From NCBI GenBank assembly GCA_951406725.2, contig OX597817.1, forward strand, positions 94,922,001 to 94,986,000: a stretch of 64,000 nt of DNA, read 5' to 3'. This document shows, piece after piece, positions 52,501-64,000 of the stretch (position 1 is its first letter; each line of letters opens with the position of its first letter). The position numbers were made by a program, and so were the translations under genes. The notes under the pieces are model-generated. The model did not search any database. It worked only from the letters and a program-made list of their open reading frames with translations, and was not told the origin of the DNA. The DNA comes from Octopus vulgaris (Eukaryota).

Positions 52501-53035
52501 CCACTAGAACTTTGTATAAAAATACCCCTACTGACATAATAATAATAATTATTATTATTATTGTTGTTGTTGTTGTTATACTGTATTATATAATATATGA
52601 TAATTATGCAGGTATATATATTGAATTAGCTATAATTATATACATATATGTATGTGTGAGTATATATTACTATTGTTGCTACTTTTGTATTAATATATGC
52701 GGATATGTGTGTATATATGTATCTATGTGCACGCACTTATAAATATATATTTATGAATCCACACACATATATGTAGGTTTAGGTAGGTATGTATATGTTT
52801 ATATTTTCTGCTGGTGCCTTTAATAAATAAACATTGACTAGCTTATTATTTACATTCAATTACACCCTACAAGTATATAAAGTAATAACAATATCTAGTA
52901 CTACTCTTTGGACTTATCAGATTTTTTAAGATAGTAGTATATATGTGTGTGTGGGTATATGCATGTATATGTGTATGTGTATATATATATATGTGTGTGT
53001 GTGTGTGAGTATGTGTGTGTGTGTGTGTATATATA

Positions 53036-53339
53036 TCACCGCGACCGACCAGGCTATCAGATGTTGTTACACATCGCTGGTCACAATGCGCTTCGCATTG
53101 GTTTAGCCTTCAAATGACGCCACCCCGCTGGCTAAACGAGCAGGCCAACAGTAGAAAGAGTGAGAGAAAGTTGTGGCGAAAGAGTACAGCAGGGATCGCC
53201 ACCACCACCCTGCCGGAGCCTCGTGGAGCTTTAGGTGTTTTCGCTCAATAAACACTCACAACGCCCGGTCTGGGAATCGAAACCGCGATCCTACGACCGC
53301 GAGTCCGATGCCCTAACCACTGGGCCATCGCGCCTCCAC
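53036..53339 (-). mobile_element. SINE family D with tRNA(Arg)-like head (3' fragments at 55561-55657 and 59936-60055)
   Basis: Minus strand ggaggcgcgaTGGCCCAGTGGttagggcatcggactcgcggtcgtaggatcgcGGTTTCGATTCCcag: A and B boxes, TCG at the anticodon position, then a non-tRNA body. Confidence 0.8.
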
Positions 53340-53413
53340 ATATATGTATATATATGTGTATATAAATATATATAGTTGTATATATATGTGTGTGTGTGTA
53401 TGTGTGTGTGTGC

Positions 53414-53471
<58 letters not shown>

Positions 53472-53880
53472 TGTATATACATATGTATGTATATAGATAC
53501 AGGCATTTATATGCAACCCCATTACAGAACCAATAAATTGATTGATTAATTGGTTGATTGATAAGTTGATTATTGATTGATTGAATAAGGGACCTAAATT
53601 TTTGAGTATCTTTATTCTAATTATAGACCTCGATAACCCAGAGTTACCTCCCTTCGTTCTGTTTATAGCTTAATAAACCCCCCACCAACACACCTCTTAA
53701 ATATAACATAAAAAGTAATAAAACTGAATAAATAGACGGATAAATATTTTAAAGGACTGAATGACTGATTGGTTCATTAATTGACTCAACATTATTACAT
53801 AGAGTCTTGCATTTGAGGCATTTTGTCAGATAAAATAGATTTAAACATAATTTTAGCGATAAATAACAACAATGTAGTTA

Positions 53881-55168
53881 CGAGGGGCATTCAATAAGTA
53901 ATGCCCATGACCCACTTTCCATAGCAGTAGAGCAACGACACTTGGCACAGTTATTAGTCTTCTTTTACATAGGAACCACCCAGAGTTATACATTTCTCCC
54001 ATCGTTTGATGCAGCTCTAGAGACCGTTTTTGTAGAAGACCCCAGCTTGGTCCTCCAACCACGACCTGACTTCAGAAATCAAGGCTGCATCATCTGGGAA
54101 ACGCTTTCCTTTCAAAAACAACTTCATGGCTGGGAAGAGGTGAAAATTCGAGGGTGCAAGGTCAGGAGAGTAGGAGTTTGGGGGAAGAATTCATAGCCGC
54201 ACGCCTGTGCTTCTGATCTGGCGACCATCGAGTTGTGGACCGGAGCGTTGTCCTGCAGGAGGAGGATGACTTTGCTGATCTTGCCCCGCCTCTTGATTTT
54301 GATAGCTTCTCTTAATTTCCTCAGAAGTGAAGCATAATAGGATCCTGTAATTGTGGTACCTTTTGCCAGGAAATCTGTCATCTCTACTCCGTCCTCGTCC
54401 CAGAAGACTGTGATCATGACCTTGCCAGCGGAGGGCTGCTCCCTTGCCTTCTTTGGAGGAGGTGAGTCACGGTGTTTCCACTGCATTGACTGGGCTTTGG
54501 TCTCTGGATCATGGTGATGGACCCAGGTTTCATCCTGTGTAATCAGTCTTTTGAAAAATTTTGACTCATCTTGGCACATCTCCAAATTCATCCTCGAGCA
54601 CTCGACGCGTTCTTGCTTCTGGAAAGGTGTGAGCAACATGGGAATCCATCTGGCAGACACCTTTTGCATATGCAAATGGTCATGAATGATAGTTTCCACA
54701 GACCCGGTACTAATCTTGACCTCATGGGCTATTTGGCGAATAGTTATGCGTCGATCTTCTAAAATGGCAGCCTCAACTTGACGGACAGATGCCTCATCAA
54801 TGGCAGAAGGAGGGTGACCAGATCTGGGGGCTGTTTCCACAGAGTTCCGACCATGTTTGAATTCACGATGCCAGCGTTTTACAAGGTCATATGATGGGCA
54901 TCATTATCATAAGTTACTTTCATTTCATCAAAAGCCTCCCGTGGTGTGCGTCCTTTCAAATACAAAACCCGGATCACTGCTCGACACTCAACAGGCTCCA
55001 TTTCACACTTGACTCAGTTCAAACACCTGTTAATCAGAAACCACAATTAGTTCAGAGCTGTAATTTGCCACGTAATCTATAGAGATATGAATAATTGCAC
55101 ATGCAAAATTTCAGCAAGATCAAACAACAACAAGTGGGTCAGGGGCATTACTTACTGAACGTCCCTCG
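53881..55168 (-). mobile_element. Mariner (DD34D) element, copy 2 of the 30812-32080 family, inverted
   Basis: Same TIRs (cgaggggcattcaataagtaatgccc) with TA flanks; ORF 54124-54840 (ITQDETWVHH, LLQDNAPVH). Confidence 0.93.
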
Positions 55169-55517
55169 TATATGTAGATATATATAAAAGAGGATATATA
55201 ATATACAGTATATATTGAGTTGGTTCATTAATTGAGTAACTAAATATATATATGTATCTATGTGCACGCACTTGTAAATATATATATTTATGAATCCACA
55301 CACATATATGTAGGTTTAGATAGGTATGCATATGTTTATATTTTCTGCTGGTGCCTTTAATAAATAAACATTGACTAGCTTATAATTTACATTCAATTAC
55401 ACCCCACAAGTATATAAAGTAATAACATTATCGAGTACTACCCTTTGGACTTAATCAGATTTTTTAAGATAGTAGTATATATGTGTGGGGGGGTATATGC
55501 ATGTATATGTGTATGTG

Positions 55518-55552
<35 letters not shown>

Positions 55553-55671
55553 ATGTATATATCACCGTGACCGACCAGGCTATCAGATGTTGTTACACAT
55601 CGCTGGTCACAATGCGCTTCGCATTGTTTTAGCCTTCAAATGACGCCACCCCGCTGGGGGGCGTTTTGCTC

Positions 55672-55702
<31 letters not shown>

Positions 55703-55703
<1 letters not shown>

Positions 55704-57175
55704 GAGCAAAACGCCCCCCCCCGTCCAATGGACGGTGCTGAGTTGTCAAACATTTAAGCCAAATTTTCTCAAAACAACTTGTCCGACCGCCCCATAGGCC
55801 TCCCTTTTGAGAAACACTGATTTAACCTAAATTTGAGACACCAGCAAAAGAAGAAATAAAGATAGACTTTTTTTTCCAAAGGAAAACGATTTTACTCACA
55901 CAAATACGCAACCAAAAAGTTTAAAGTACCAGTAATGATAAGTCTGTTGACTGGGAGAACACAAACATGGTTTAAACAGTAAGCTTGGCAGGAAAGAAAC
56001 GTGCCGTTAAGCAGTACAAAAACAACAAAAAATGGAAGGTGCAGTTATGTACAGGTTGACGGAAGAAAAGCAGGACAAAAACGATGCATGCAAATGGGTT
56101 AGCTGGAGGTAAAACTAGATGGAAAAGCATGATAAATTTATGAGAACGTACCTGGGACAATAATAAGTATATCCGATAAAATATGTAAGAAATCAACTTG
56201 GGGCAATTTTTTATGAAAAGTAACAACCTAGGCAACTAAGTAGCTAATTTTAAGCTAACTTACTTTTAAGCTAACTTACTTTACTGGGCATGGAAAAGCT
56301 AGTGGAGCGCAGCCTTGTAAACCACATTCCTTGTTACTCCGTCTGGAGCGTAGTAGAAAAGGTTTGTCAAACAGCCCACATACAGTTGTCCATGCGAAAA
56401 GCAGGGAGTGCTGAGGTCCAACCCCACGACTTTCAATGACTGCCCCTGTGCTTTGTTGATGGTCATCGCGAAGCTCAGACGAATAGGTAATTGAACGCGT
56501 TTCATCGGGTAAACACAGTCCGACGGAATCAATGGCATGCGGGAAATAAAAACAACATCTCCTGCTCCTTGACCCGTGATAACTTTTGCCTCGAGAACGT
56601 CATCCAAAGGTTGGGTGAGAACCAACCGAGTGCCATTGCAAACTCGTGGGGGTTCCAAGTTTCGGAGGAGAATAATGGGACTTCCAGCCTTGAGGCAGAG
56701 TTTATGGGGTGACAAACCCGATGGTTCTTGAGTTAAGAAATTCGGTCGGGTACATCATGACTTACTCTGGGTCAGTAATTGAATCGACGGATGTACAGAT
56801 TCGTTCCTGGATCGGCAGTTGACGAAGGAGGCGAGTGTTAAGCGTATTGACGTTGGCATTGGTTGGTGCTAAAATGGCTCTGCCACACAACCATTGATGG
56901 TCACCGAAATTCGAAGATAGATCGGGGTAAACTGCCTGGCAAATGGCAAATGCATGTGCATTTTTCTCGCGTACGCGTAGTATTGATCGCAACAGCTGGT
57001 GTACCAGCGCGTACAAATGCACTGCTTTATCGATTGCATTCTCACCTGGAATCGATTTTTGTAATTTTTCAAGACTTATACACGCCCTGATACCGTCCGT
57101 ATCTACATATCAAATTTGAGCGCAATCGGGTGGAGGATGCCCGAGATCCTAGAAGACAACGGATTTTATATAATT
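55703..57175 (-). mobile_element. Helitron deletion derivative carrying a Pif1-family helicase C-terminal fragment
   Basis: RAILAPTN, LLRNLEPPRVCNGTRL, QLPIRLSFAMTINKAQGQSL..FSHGQLYVGC..TRNVVY; 3' hairpin ccgtccattggacgg followed by CTCG-T (variant of CTAG-T). The 5' end is approximate. Confidence 0.85.
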
Positions 57176-57207
<32 letters not shown>

Positions 57208-57723
57208 TGTATATATAAATCCTTCCACATTTTTCTTATATATTGCGTAATTTAACATAACTTAAATTAATATAATATAATAGAGTCAAGTCCCTATATT
57301 AATTTCTTTATTGACTTTTACTATCCTACCAACTAATAGTTAACCTTAGATTATTTGGGGTTTTTTTATTTGTATACATTTATATATTTTGCCTACTTTG
57401 TTATTTATGTTATTGGTTATCCATTAACCAACCATAACAAAGTCATGGCCTTTCAAAACAATAGATGACCAATTACATTACGGGACTAACTATAACCACC
57501 ACCACCACCACCCCACTTCCCGCAGAATTTCAGCAACTCAAACAAAAAGTAACGGAAAATAATAAAGTATCTTGATTAATACCCGGAAATTTATTACTTT
57601 TAATACCGACTAATATCACTGGTATTAATATAAAGTCTTACCCACTTATTGTGGACCTTTATCTCAAGAAAACATATCAATAGAAAACACATCAATAGAA
57701 AACATATCGCATATTTATTTATA

Positions 57724-57772
<49 letters not shown>

Positions 57773-58049
57773 CAAAATGGAACAAGAACGCAAAAACACC
57801 CGGACAGCTAGGTGATACAAAAAGGGACAACAAGAACAGGAAATAAATGTATTATGGGAACAATCATTTTTATTCACCCACCCTCCTTACCATCGCACAA
57901 CCATCACTCCCCACATTCAAATAGTAAGTTAAATTTAAATAATAGTATTTAATAGTAATTTCTAACAATTAATTTATGTTTATTTGCTTGAGGGTTAGAT
58001 TTTATTAATTAACCACTTTATGTTTACATTTAATTTTTCTTTCATCCTG

Positions 58050-58610
58050 TGCATTAAGTAGTTTAGCTTTAGTCCATGAATTCATTGGTACACAGCAAAC
58101 ATAGTCTATTCCCAATTCTATACGATTTGGTTTTTTCTTATTATCTCCCTTTTTATATTTAATTTCTTTTTATTTTAAACTCTAGATGCATTTACTCAAA
58201 CCTGTCCAGTTCATTAATTTCTTATTTTTGAATGAATTCATATGCTGTGCTATTCGTTGTTTAATATTATTCGATGTCGAACCAATATATGTTCTTTCTG
58301 AATTTCTTTCAGTATTCATATTATTATTATTTATTTCACTTAGTTCATTCTTATCTTCGTTTACAGAAACCACACATTTATATACTACATCTACTTTTAA
58401 TTTTACAGTGATTTTTATCCCTACAATTGTAACTTTTTAAGTCTCTATTAAGATACTTATTTAATTTATCATAGTGATATTTATACAACTTATGTTTATT
58501 TAGTTCCCTAAGTTGTTGGTAGTAGAATATCCTACTCTTATATTATTTTTAGAGAATAAGTCCATATATTTTTTGTTTTCTATAATAAATGATTCTATAG
58601 TTTTAGTGAT
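58050..58610 (-). mobile_element. Naiad-type PLE GIY-YIG fragment
   Basis: DLFSKNNIRVGYSTTNNL; TYIGSTSNNIKQRIAQHMNSFKN..TGLSKCI. Confidence 0.7.
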
Positions 58611-58614
58611 TTTT

Positions 58615-58830
58615 CGTTCTGCGAGGGATATCCTATTCCTTGTCAGTCGTGCATACTTCTGTTCATCACTTTGAGATGCTCTGAATTTTGTTGTGCACAA
58701 TCTGTTCGTTTCTTGGTGTGTTTCCCTTTCTGTAGCTATCTCTGTTTCCCTGGATAGAGATATTATTTTGGCTGACCTTGATATTGTAGAGGATTTTAAA
58801 ATTTTTCCTTCTAGGCATGGTTGTATACGT
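58615..58830 (-). mobile_element. Possible Helitron RepHel N-terminal remnant
   Basis: Frameshifted MPRRK..SRETE..ETNRL..RASQSDEQKYARL resembles, from memory, the charged N-terminus of invertebrate RepHel proteins; needs a search. Confidence 0.35.
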
Positions 58831-58947
58831 ATACAGAAATACACGAGTGCAGAAGATAGTAAACAATGAATATAACTTGTTAACGGAAATTGTGTTTCTT
58901 AATACGACGAGCAGAAAGTAAATAAGAAATTTTAACGAAAATAAAGT

Positions 58948-59148
58948 ATTCTTTTCTACTCTGGGCACAAGGCCCGAAATTTTGGTGGAGGGGCCAGTCG
59001 ATTAGATCGACCCCAGTACGCAACTGGTATTTTATCGACCCATAAAGGATGAAAGGCAAAGTCGACCTCGGCGAAATTTGAACTTAGAACGTAATGACAG
59101 ATGAAATACCGCTAAGCATTTTGCCTGGCGTGCTAACGTTTCTGCCAG
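58948..59148 (-). mobile_element. SINE family C, full copy
   Basis: Reverse complement of ctggcagaaacgttagcacgccaggcaaaatgcttagcggtatttcatctgtcattacgttctaagttcaaatttcgccgaggtcgactttgcctttcatcc. Confidence 0.82.
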
Positions 59149-60052
59149 TATTGTACGGGTAGAAGCGAAGTTTGTCACTTAGGGAACCAAAGAGTCAGTA
59201 TCGAAGGAACCAGGAAAATACCGTCAACAACAGAAAAACACAAAACCGTACGGATTGAAGTGAAATTTATGAAGATACTTCTGTCAGTAAATTAGGAATT
59301 TACTTACATCAGTAATTGTGAACTTCTTTCTATCAGTAATTTGTCGTTGTTTATTTGTAAATAGCAATTGAACTTACAGTGAAAACAATAACGACTGAAG
59401 TTAAAGTGAAAAAACAATGGCGTTTGAAAATTGAAAGTGAAAAGAATAGCGTCTGAAAAATGAAAGCAAAAACAATAGAGAGTGAGATATAGAGAGGGAG
59501 AGAGTGTGTGTGAGAGAGAGAGAGCTAGTAGACAGACAAATAAGAGTAAGATAGATAGATACATACATACATACATACATACATACATACATACATACAT
59601 ACATACATACATACATACATACATACATAAGATAAGATAAGATATATCTGCGAAAGCAGATCAAACTGGAAACTAGACGAAAACTTAACGGACGGGAAAT
59701 ATAGAGAAAGACGCGACACACAGAATATTCGCAGCTGAGTTTTCCTCGTCAGTCAATGAGCAAAAATATCACAGTGGTTTCGCGATAAATATACAGCGAG
59801 CTTCTTTTACTTTCCGTCTACCAAATCCACTTACAAGGCTTTGGTCAGTCCGAGGCAGTGAGACTGAACCCGGAACCATGTGGTTGGGAAGCAAGCTTCT
59901 TACTATACAGCACCCCCCATACACACATATATATATTGGCCTGCTCGCTTAGCCAGCGGGGTGGCGTCATTTGAAGGCTAAAGCAAGCGCATTGTGACCA
60001 GCGATGTGTAGCAACATCTGATAGCCTGGTCGGTCACGGTGACTGTGACGGT

Positions 60053-60129
<77 letters not shown>

Positions 60130-60438
60130 GTTTCTTTATTGGCCACACAGGGCTGCACACAGATGGGACAAGTTACAAGGTAGAGCTTTTCTTTTGGGGG
60201 ATGAAGAGAACAAAAAGCAAAAGAAAAAAAAATGGGGTGGCGTAGGCTTTCGATCAAGAGGGATCGTAAAAGGGAAGAAAAGAAAAAAAACAAAAAAAAA
60301 TTGAATAAAATAAAAAGAATAAAAAGAAAAAAAAAGGAAAGGAAAAGGAACAAAAGGAAAAGGAACAAAAGGAAAGAGAAATGAAAAAAGAAGGAAAAAG
60401 GGGGAAAAAGGGGGAAGAGGAAAAAAAGAACGATCAAT

Positions 60439-60535
<97 letters not shown>

Positions 60536-60856
60536 TAGATATAGATATACATACATATATTATTTACATTTAGCAGCAGTAAGAAAGAGATTCAAGGTCC
60601 GAAAGTTTTGTGCGTTGGCACCATGTTTACATCAACATACCTGTAAATATGTATATACAGTATATAGATGTGAGATATGCAGGGATATTGCAAATGCAAT
60701 ATTGCTGCATATCTCACATCTATTTTCATTCCTCCACTTCACTCTCTGATTCGTTACAATATCCCTACATATCTCACATCGATTTTCATTCCTCCACTTC
60801 ACTCTCTATTTCGTATCTTATCTAAATTAACTATTGCTTAACTCTTATCTCAAACC

Positions 60857-60904
60857 GTCTCCGATGAAGGGATATAATAAATATCCTGGAAACAGCTGTA
60901 AGAC
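60857..60904 (+). ncRNA. Minimal type I hammerhead ribozyme motif
   Basis: gtct-CCGATGA-agggatat aataa atatcctg-GAAACAGCTGTA-agac: stem I gtct/agac, stem II, palindromic stem III ACAGCTGT, GUA cleavage triplet. Confidence 0.7.
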
Positions 60905-61018
60905 CTATTTATAAATGTTCTAAAATCTTCACAGCCTTGGTTTTTTTATCTCATTCTGAAAAAAAAAATTTATATATACACACGCTGATATATGACCTAC
61001 GTTGGACTCCTTATTCAT

Positions 61019-61168
<150 letters not shown>

Positions 61169-61289
61169 TATATGTTTAATTGCGAGGATGATCCGGTTCT
61201 TGACTGAAGATTGAAGTGTTTTTTGTATCGTCTTCTAAATGTTTTACGTTCTTGTCCCAGTTTGTATTTTTCTACATATAATATATATA

Positions 61290-61645
61290 CACTACCGTCA
61301 GAAATTAATTAGCACCCTTGATATGTGCTGTCACCTAGTGGCCATATCTCGAACTATTGCTTTGTTGCGAGTTCACTGTTGCGCAGAACGATGACGTAAC
61401 TTTGTTTGCAGAGCAGTTTGAGAGTCTACACCCTTATGATGTTGACATAGCAGTGCAACAACTTGGAGTGCGGATGCAGACAAATCTTCCTTTGTTTAAT
61501 AGATATAGGTAGCGCCTCGCAAGGACCGAAATCACACCATACTAAGTTTTCTCATCGCGTTTGACGTTTTGAACAGCTCATAGGTTAATTGATTTAACCT
61601 ATTTAATGTAGAAATTTGAGAAGTGCTAATTAATTTCTGACGCAA

Positions 61646-61648
<3 letters not shown>
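61290..61648. mobile_element. Tc1-like MITE in (TA)n
   Basis: TIRs cactaccgtcagaaattaattagcac / gtgctaattaatttctgacgcaagta; TA context on both sides. Confidence 0.75.
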
Positions 61649-61695
<47 letters not shown>

Positions 61696-62779
61696 TATAT
61701 ATATATTACATGTAAATATTATAAATATGTATGTATAACATGGTGCAGTTTCTTGAAGTTAAAGATGGTCGAATTGATAACGACGACCTGTACTACCCGT
61801 CGAGACATTGGTGTTTTAAATCTTGTTGCAGGTGTGAAACTGTCGACATGAACAGCTCAGTCCCACTTAGTTATAAGAAAATACAACAAAGCTTCATAAA
61901 TCCCGGTTGGAAGCAGCTCTGAAAATTATCGATGAGGGTTCAGCTAGATTCTGCCAATGAGAAATGGGTCGTAGCCATGGGGGTTATTGCTGTCAGTATA
62001 ATGAATGCCATGGACATAAGCAATCAACGCTGTGGAACGCTGTGACAGTGCAAACCGCGTGTGTCTTATTACAGTTACTGTTTATTCTTTAAGTTTTGTA
62101 ACTAGTCGTGGTCAAGACTCTATATGTCTCAATACAGTTAGCAAATCACTAACAACAAGCAAATATTATATTTGAGTGAATGAGCGATGTCACCTGCTCC
62201 ATATAGAGATCTTAAATTTGTGTGGCATCAAACACTGTTTTCTGTATTCAGTTTAGTATCAATACTCCGATCTCTCTTCATAAACTTCAGCATTTTTCTA
62301 TGACAAAGTTATATTTTCTATTTCTAGGTGTTAAAAATGAGAGACAAATCCACCAGCTACCCACAGGAAGTAGATCAGTTGCGCTTAAAATAGGATTAAA
62401 TGTTGTACTGGATCAGTCCTTATCTGTAATTTCCGGTGTGCTGTGCACGAGAGATGGGTTACTCCCAACGCTGGATAGTTAGTTTATTGTTGGCAATTTA
62501 CCCGAGAGATGAAACTGATGCAATCCAACAAACCACTTAGCAATTTCAAATTCACTGACACTATCACGGTTTATTACAAGGTGTGTACTCTGTAGTTATA
62601 TAGTACAGCTAGGCGTACAAGGCATTTGTGAAGATACAAGTCAGCTCTAATAAAACAGATTCTCTGCAAACATGTAGTCGAAGTAGCACTTAGGTGTAAT
62701 CCACAGGTCCATGATTACGTATAGTTGTGCTTGGTAATTCAACCACTGTAGATATATCACAGCGTAGGTGATAAGGTAC

Positions 62780-63100
62780 AAAGTATTGTCCACTCAAGTT
62801 TAGTCCAGCACCTAAATCTCTATACCATCGTATGCGCCTAACACCTGGTATTCAAAAGATGACAAAATACATATTTTTAATTATATCTATCTTTGAAAAC
62901 AATGGTCCTATTTACTCCTTAAGCCTGTGTCGCATTAAAAGAACCCCTGTACATTAAATACCTACTTAATGGTTGGCAATCATACTCAACTACGCATGAT
63001 AGACTTTCTACAATGACCTAATAAAACATGTCCTTTTAAAGAAAATAGATAAAAACATAAAAAAGGAAACAACATAGAAATTCAACGTGTTCTGTGTTTA
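62780..63100 (-). mobile_element. Highly decayed Naiad-type RT fragment
   Basis: Minus strand retains HCRKSIM and GAYDGIEI, corresponding to HARKSLL and GAYDGAEL in the 3965-5275 ORF. Confidence 0.5.
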
Positions 63101-63325
63101 GCTGGGGTTTTTGTTTCAATACATACCAACTTGGAGATTGAGTGATTCTGTCTTCTTTTGTTCTGGCATTTGAAATAGATCTCGCGAAAAAAAGCTCAAC
63201 GTTGTCGAGTTAGATGACGTTGTGATCGTTGTATGTGAGAGTTTGATAGTTGAAGCGTGTTCGTGCTGATTTTCCACCATATTTAAAGAAAAGCAATGAC
63301 GGTCCCAATCAGTGAACTAACTCAC

Positions 63326-63401
63326 TCAAACAGAGGGAATAACTGGTTTCGACTTGTTCCATCGTTTCTGGCTTTCTATCTCCCTTGAACAGAAATATCG
63401 C
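63326..63401 (-). CDS. Candidate upstream exon (AIFLFKGDRKPETMEQVETSYSLCL)
   Basis: Acceptor ttttatgttgtcag, consensus donor A|gtgagt; ends in phase 1, compatible with the 40141-40722 exon; contains an ATG. No homology support. Confidence 0.4.
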
Positions 63402-63671
63402 CTGACAACATAAAACAAATATACAAATAAAGAATATCATAGAGTAATGAGACCAGTAAATAATATGTGTATATATATACAAAAGCATTCATACGCGCGG
63501 GCGCACACACACACACACACACACATATACATACATACATATATAAAGAGAGAGAGGGGAGAGAGGGATGAGAAAGGAGAGAGGGGGAGAGAGGAAAGGA
63601 GAGAGGGAAGAGAGAGGGGGAGAGAGAAAGGGAGAGAGGGAAGAGACAGACAGACTGACAGACAGACAGAC

Positions 63672-63731
<60 letters not shown>

Positions 63732-63959
63732 GTGTAAGTATATAGAAGGAAATATATGTATATTTGTGGGTGAGAGATAGCAGTAATGTGATTATGTAAT
63801 TTATATAACGAATACATGGATCTATTCCTATATGCGAGCGAAATTTGCGTAAGGAGTTGAATATGTGAGTGTCTGTTTATGTGTATCTGTTTGTGTGTAT
63901 GTATGCATGCATGCATACATACATACATACATACATACATACATACATACATACATACA

Positions 63960-63991
<32 letters not shown>

Positions 63992-64000
63992 GAATGTATA

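Noticed and set aside
53260-53339. tRNA-Arg-like sequence
   Set aside because: The acceptor stem is not complementary and it runs into a body repeated elsewhere in the window, so it is a SINE head rather than a tRNA gene.
56299-57022. PIF1 helicase as a host gene
   Set aside because: Intronless, frameshifted, C-terminal only and bounded by a Helitron-type 3' hairpin; a transposon remnant.
57665-57710. Three tandem 15-mers (agaaaacatatcaat), superficially array-like
   Set aside because: No unique spacers and a eukaryotic context; simple slippage repeat, not CRISPR.

Overview
AT-rich, microsatellite-dense animal genomic DNA. The SINE and microsatellite repertoire suggests an octopus (inference). 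The window is almost entirely intron of one minus-strand gene, a cytosolic carboxypeptidase of the CCP2/CCP3 (AGBL2/AGBL3) tubulin-deglutamylase family. Five exons (10804-10996, 9098-9252, 8236-8314, 6895-6973, 979-1162) splice in frame at GT-AG sites. They carry the FESGNL, W(Y/F)FF and YPYT(F/Y) family motifs, and the gene continues off the left edge. Four less certain upstream exons lie at 63.3, 40.1-40.7, 21.7-21.9 and 21.5 kb. The introns hold decayed transposons: Penelope-like elements (PLEs, Naiad- and Neptune-type), Tx1/L1 and RTE LINEs, four Tc1/mariner copies, two MITEs, Helitrons and several tRNA-derived SINEs. The structure not explained by these labels includes: about ten minimal hammerhead-ribozyme motifs, several with a CCGANGA core; a series of near-perfect fold-back hairpins and a templated insertion at PLE ends and (TA)n tracts; an inverted mariner pair bracketing a frame-symmetric 582-nt exon; and a Tx1 LINE inserted into a SINE head. 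Most ORFs in the supplied track are microsatellite translations. Coordinates were read by eye and no database search was possible.
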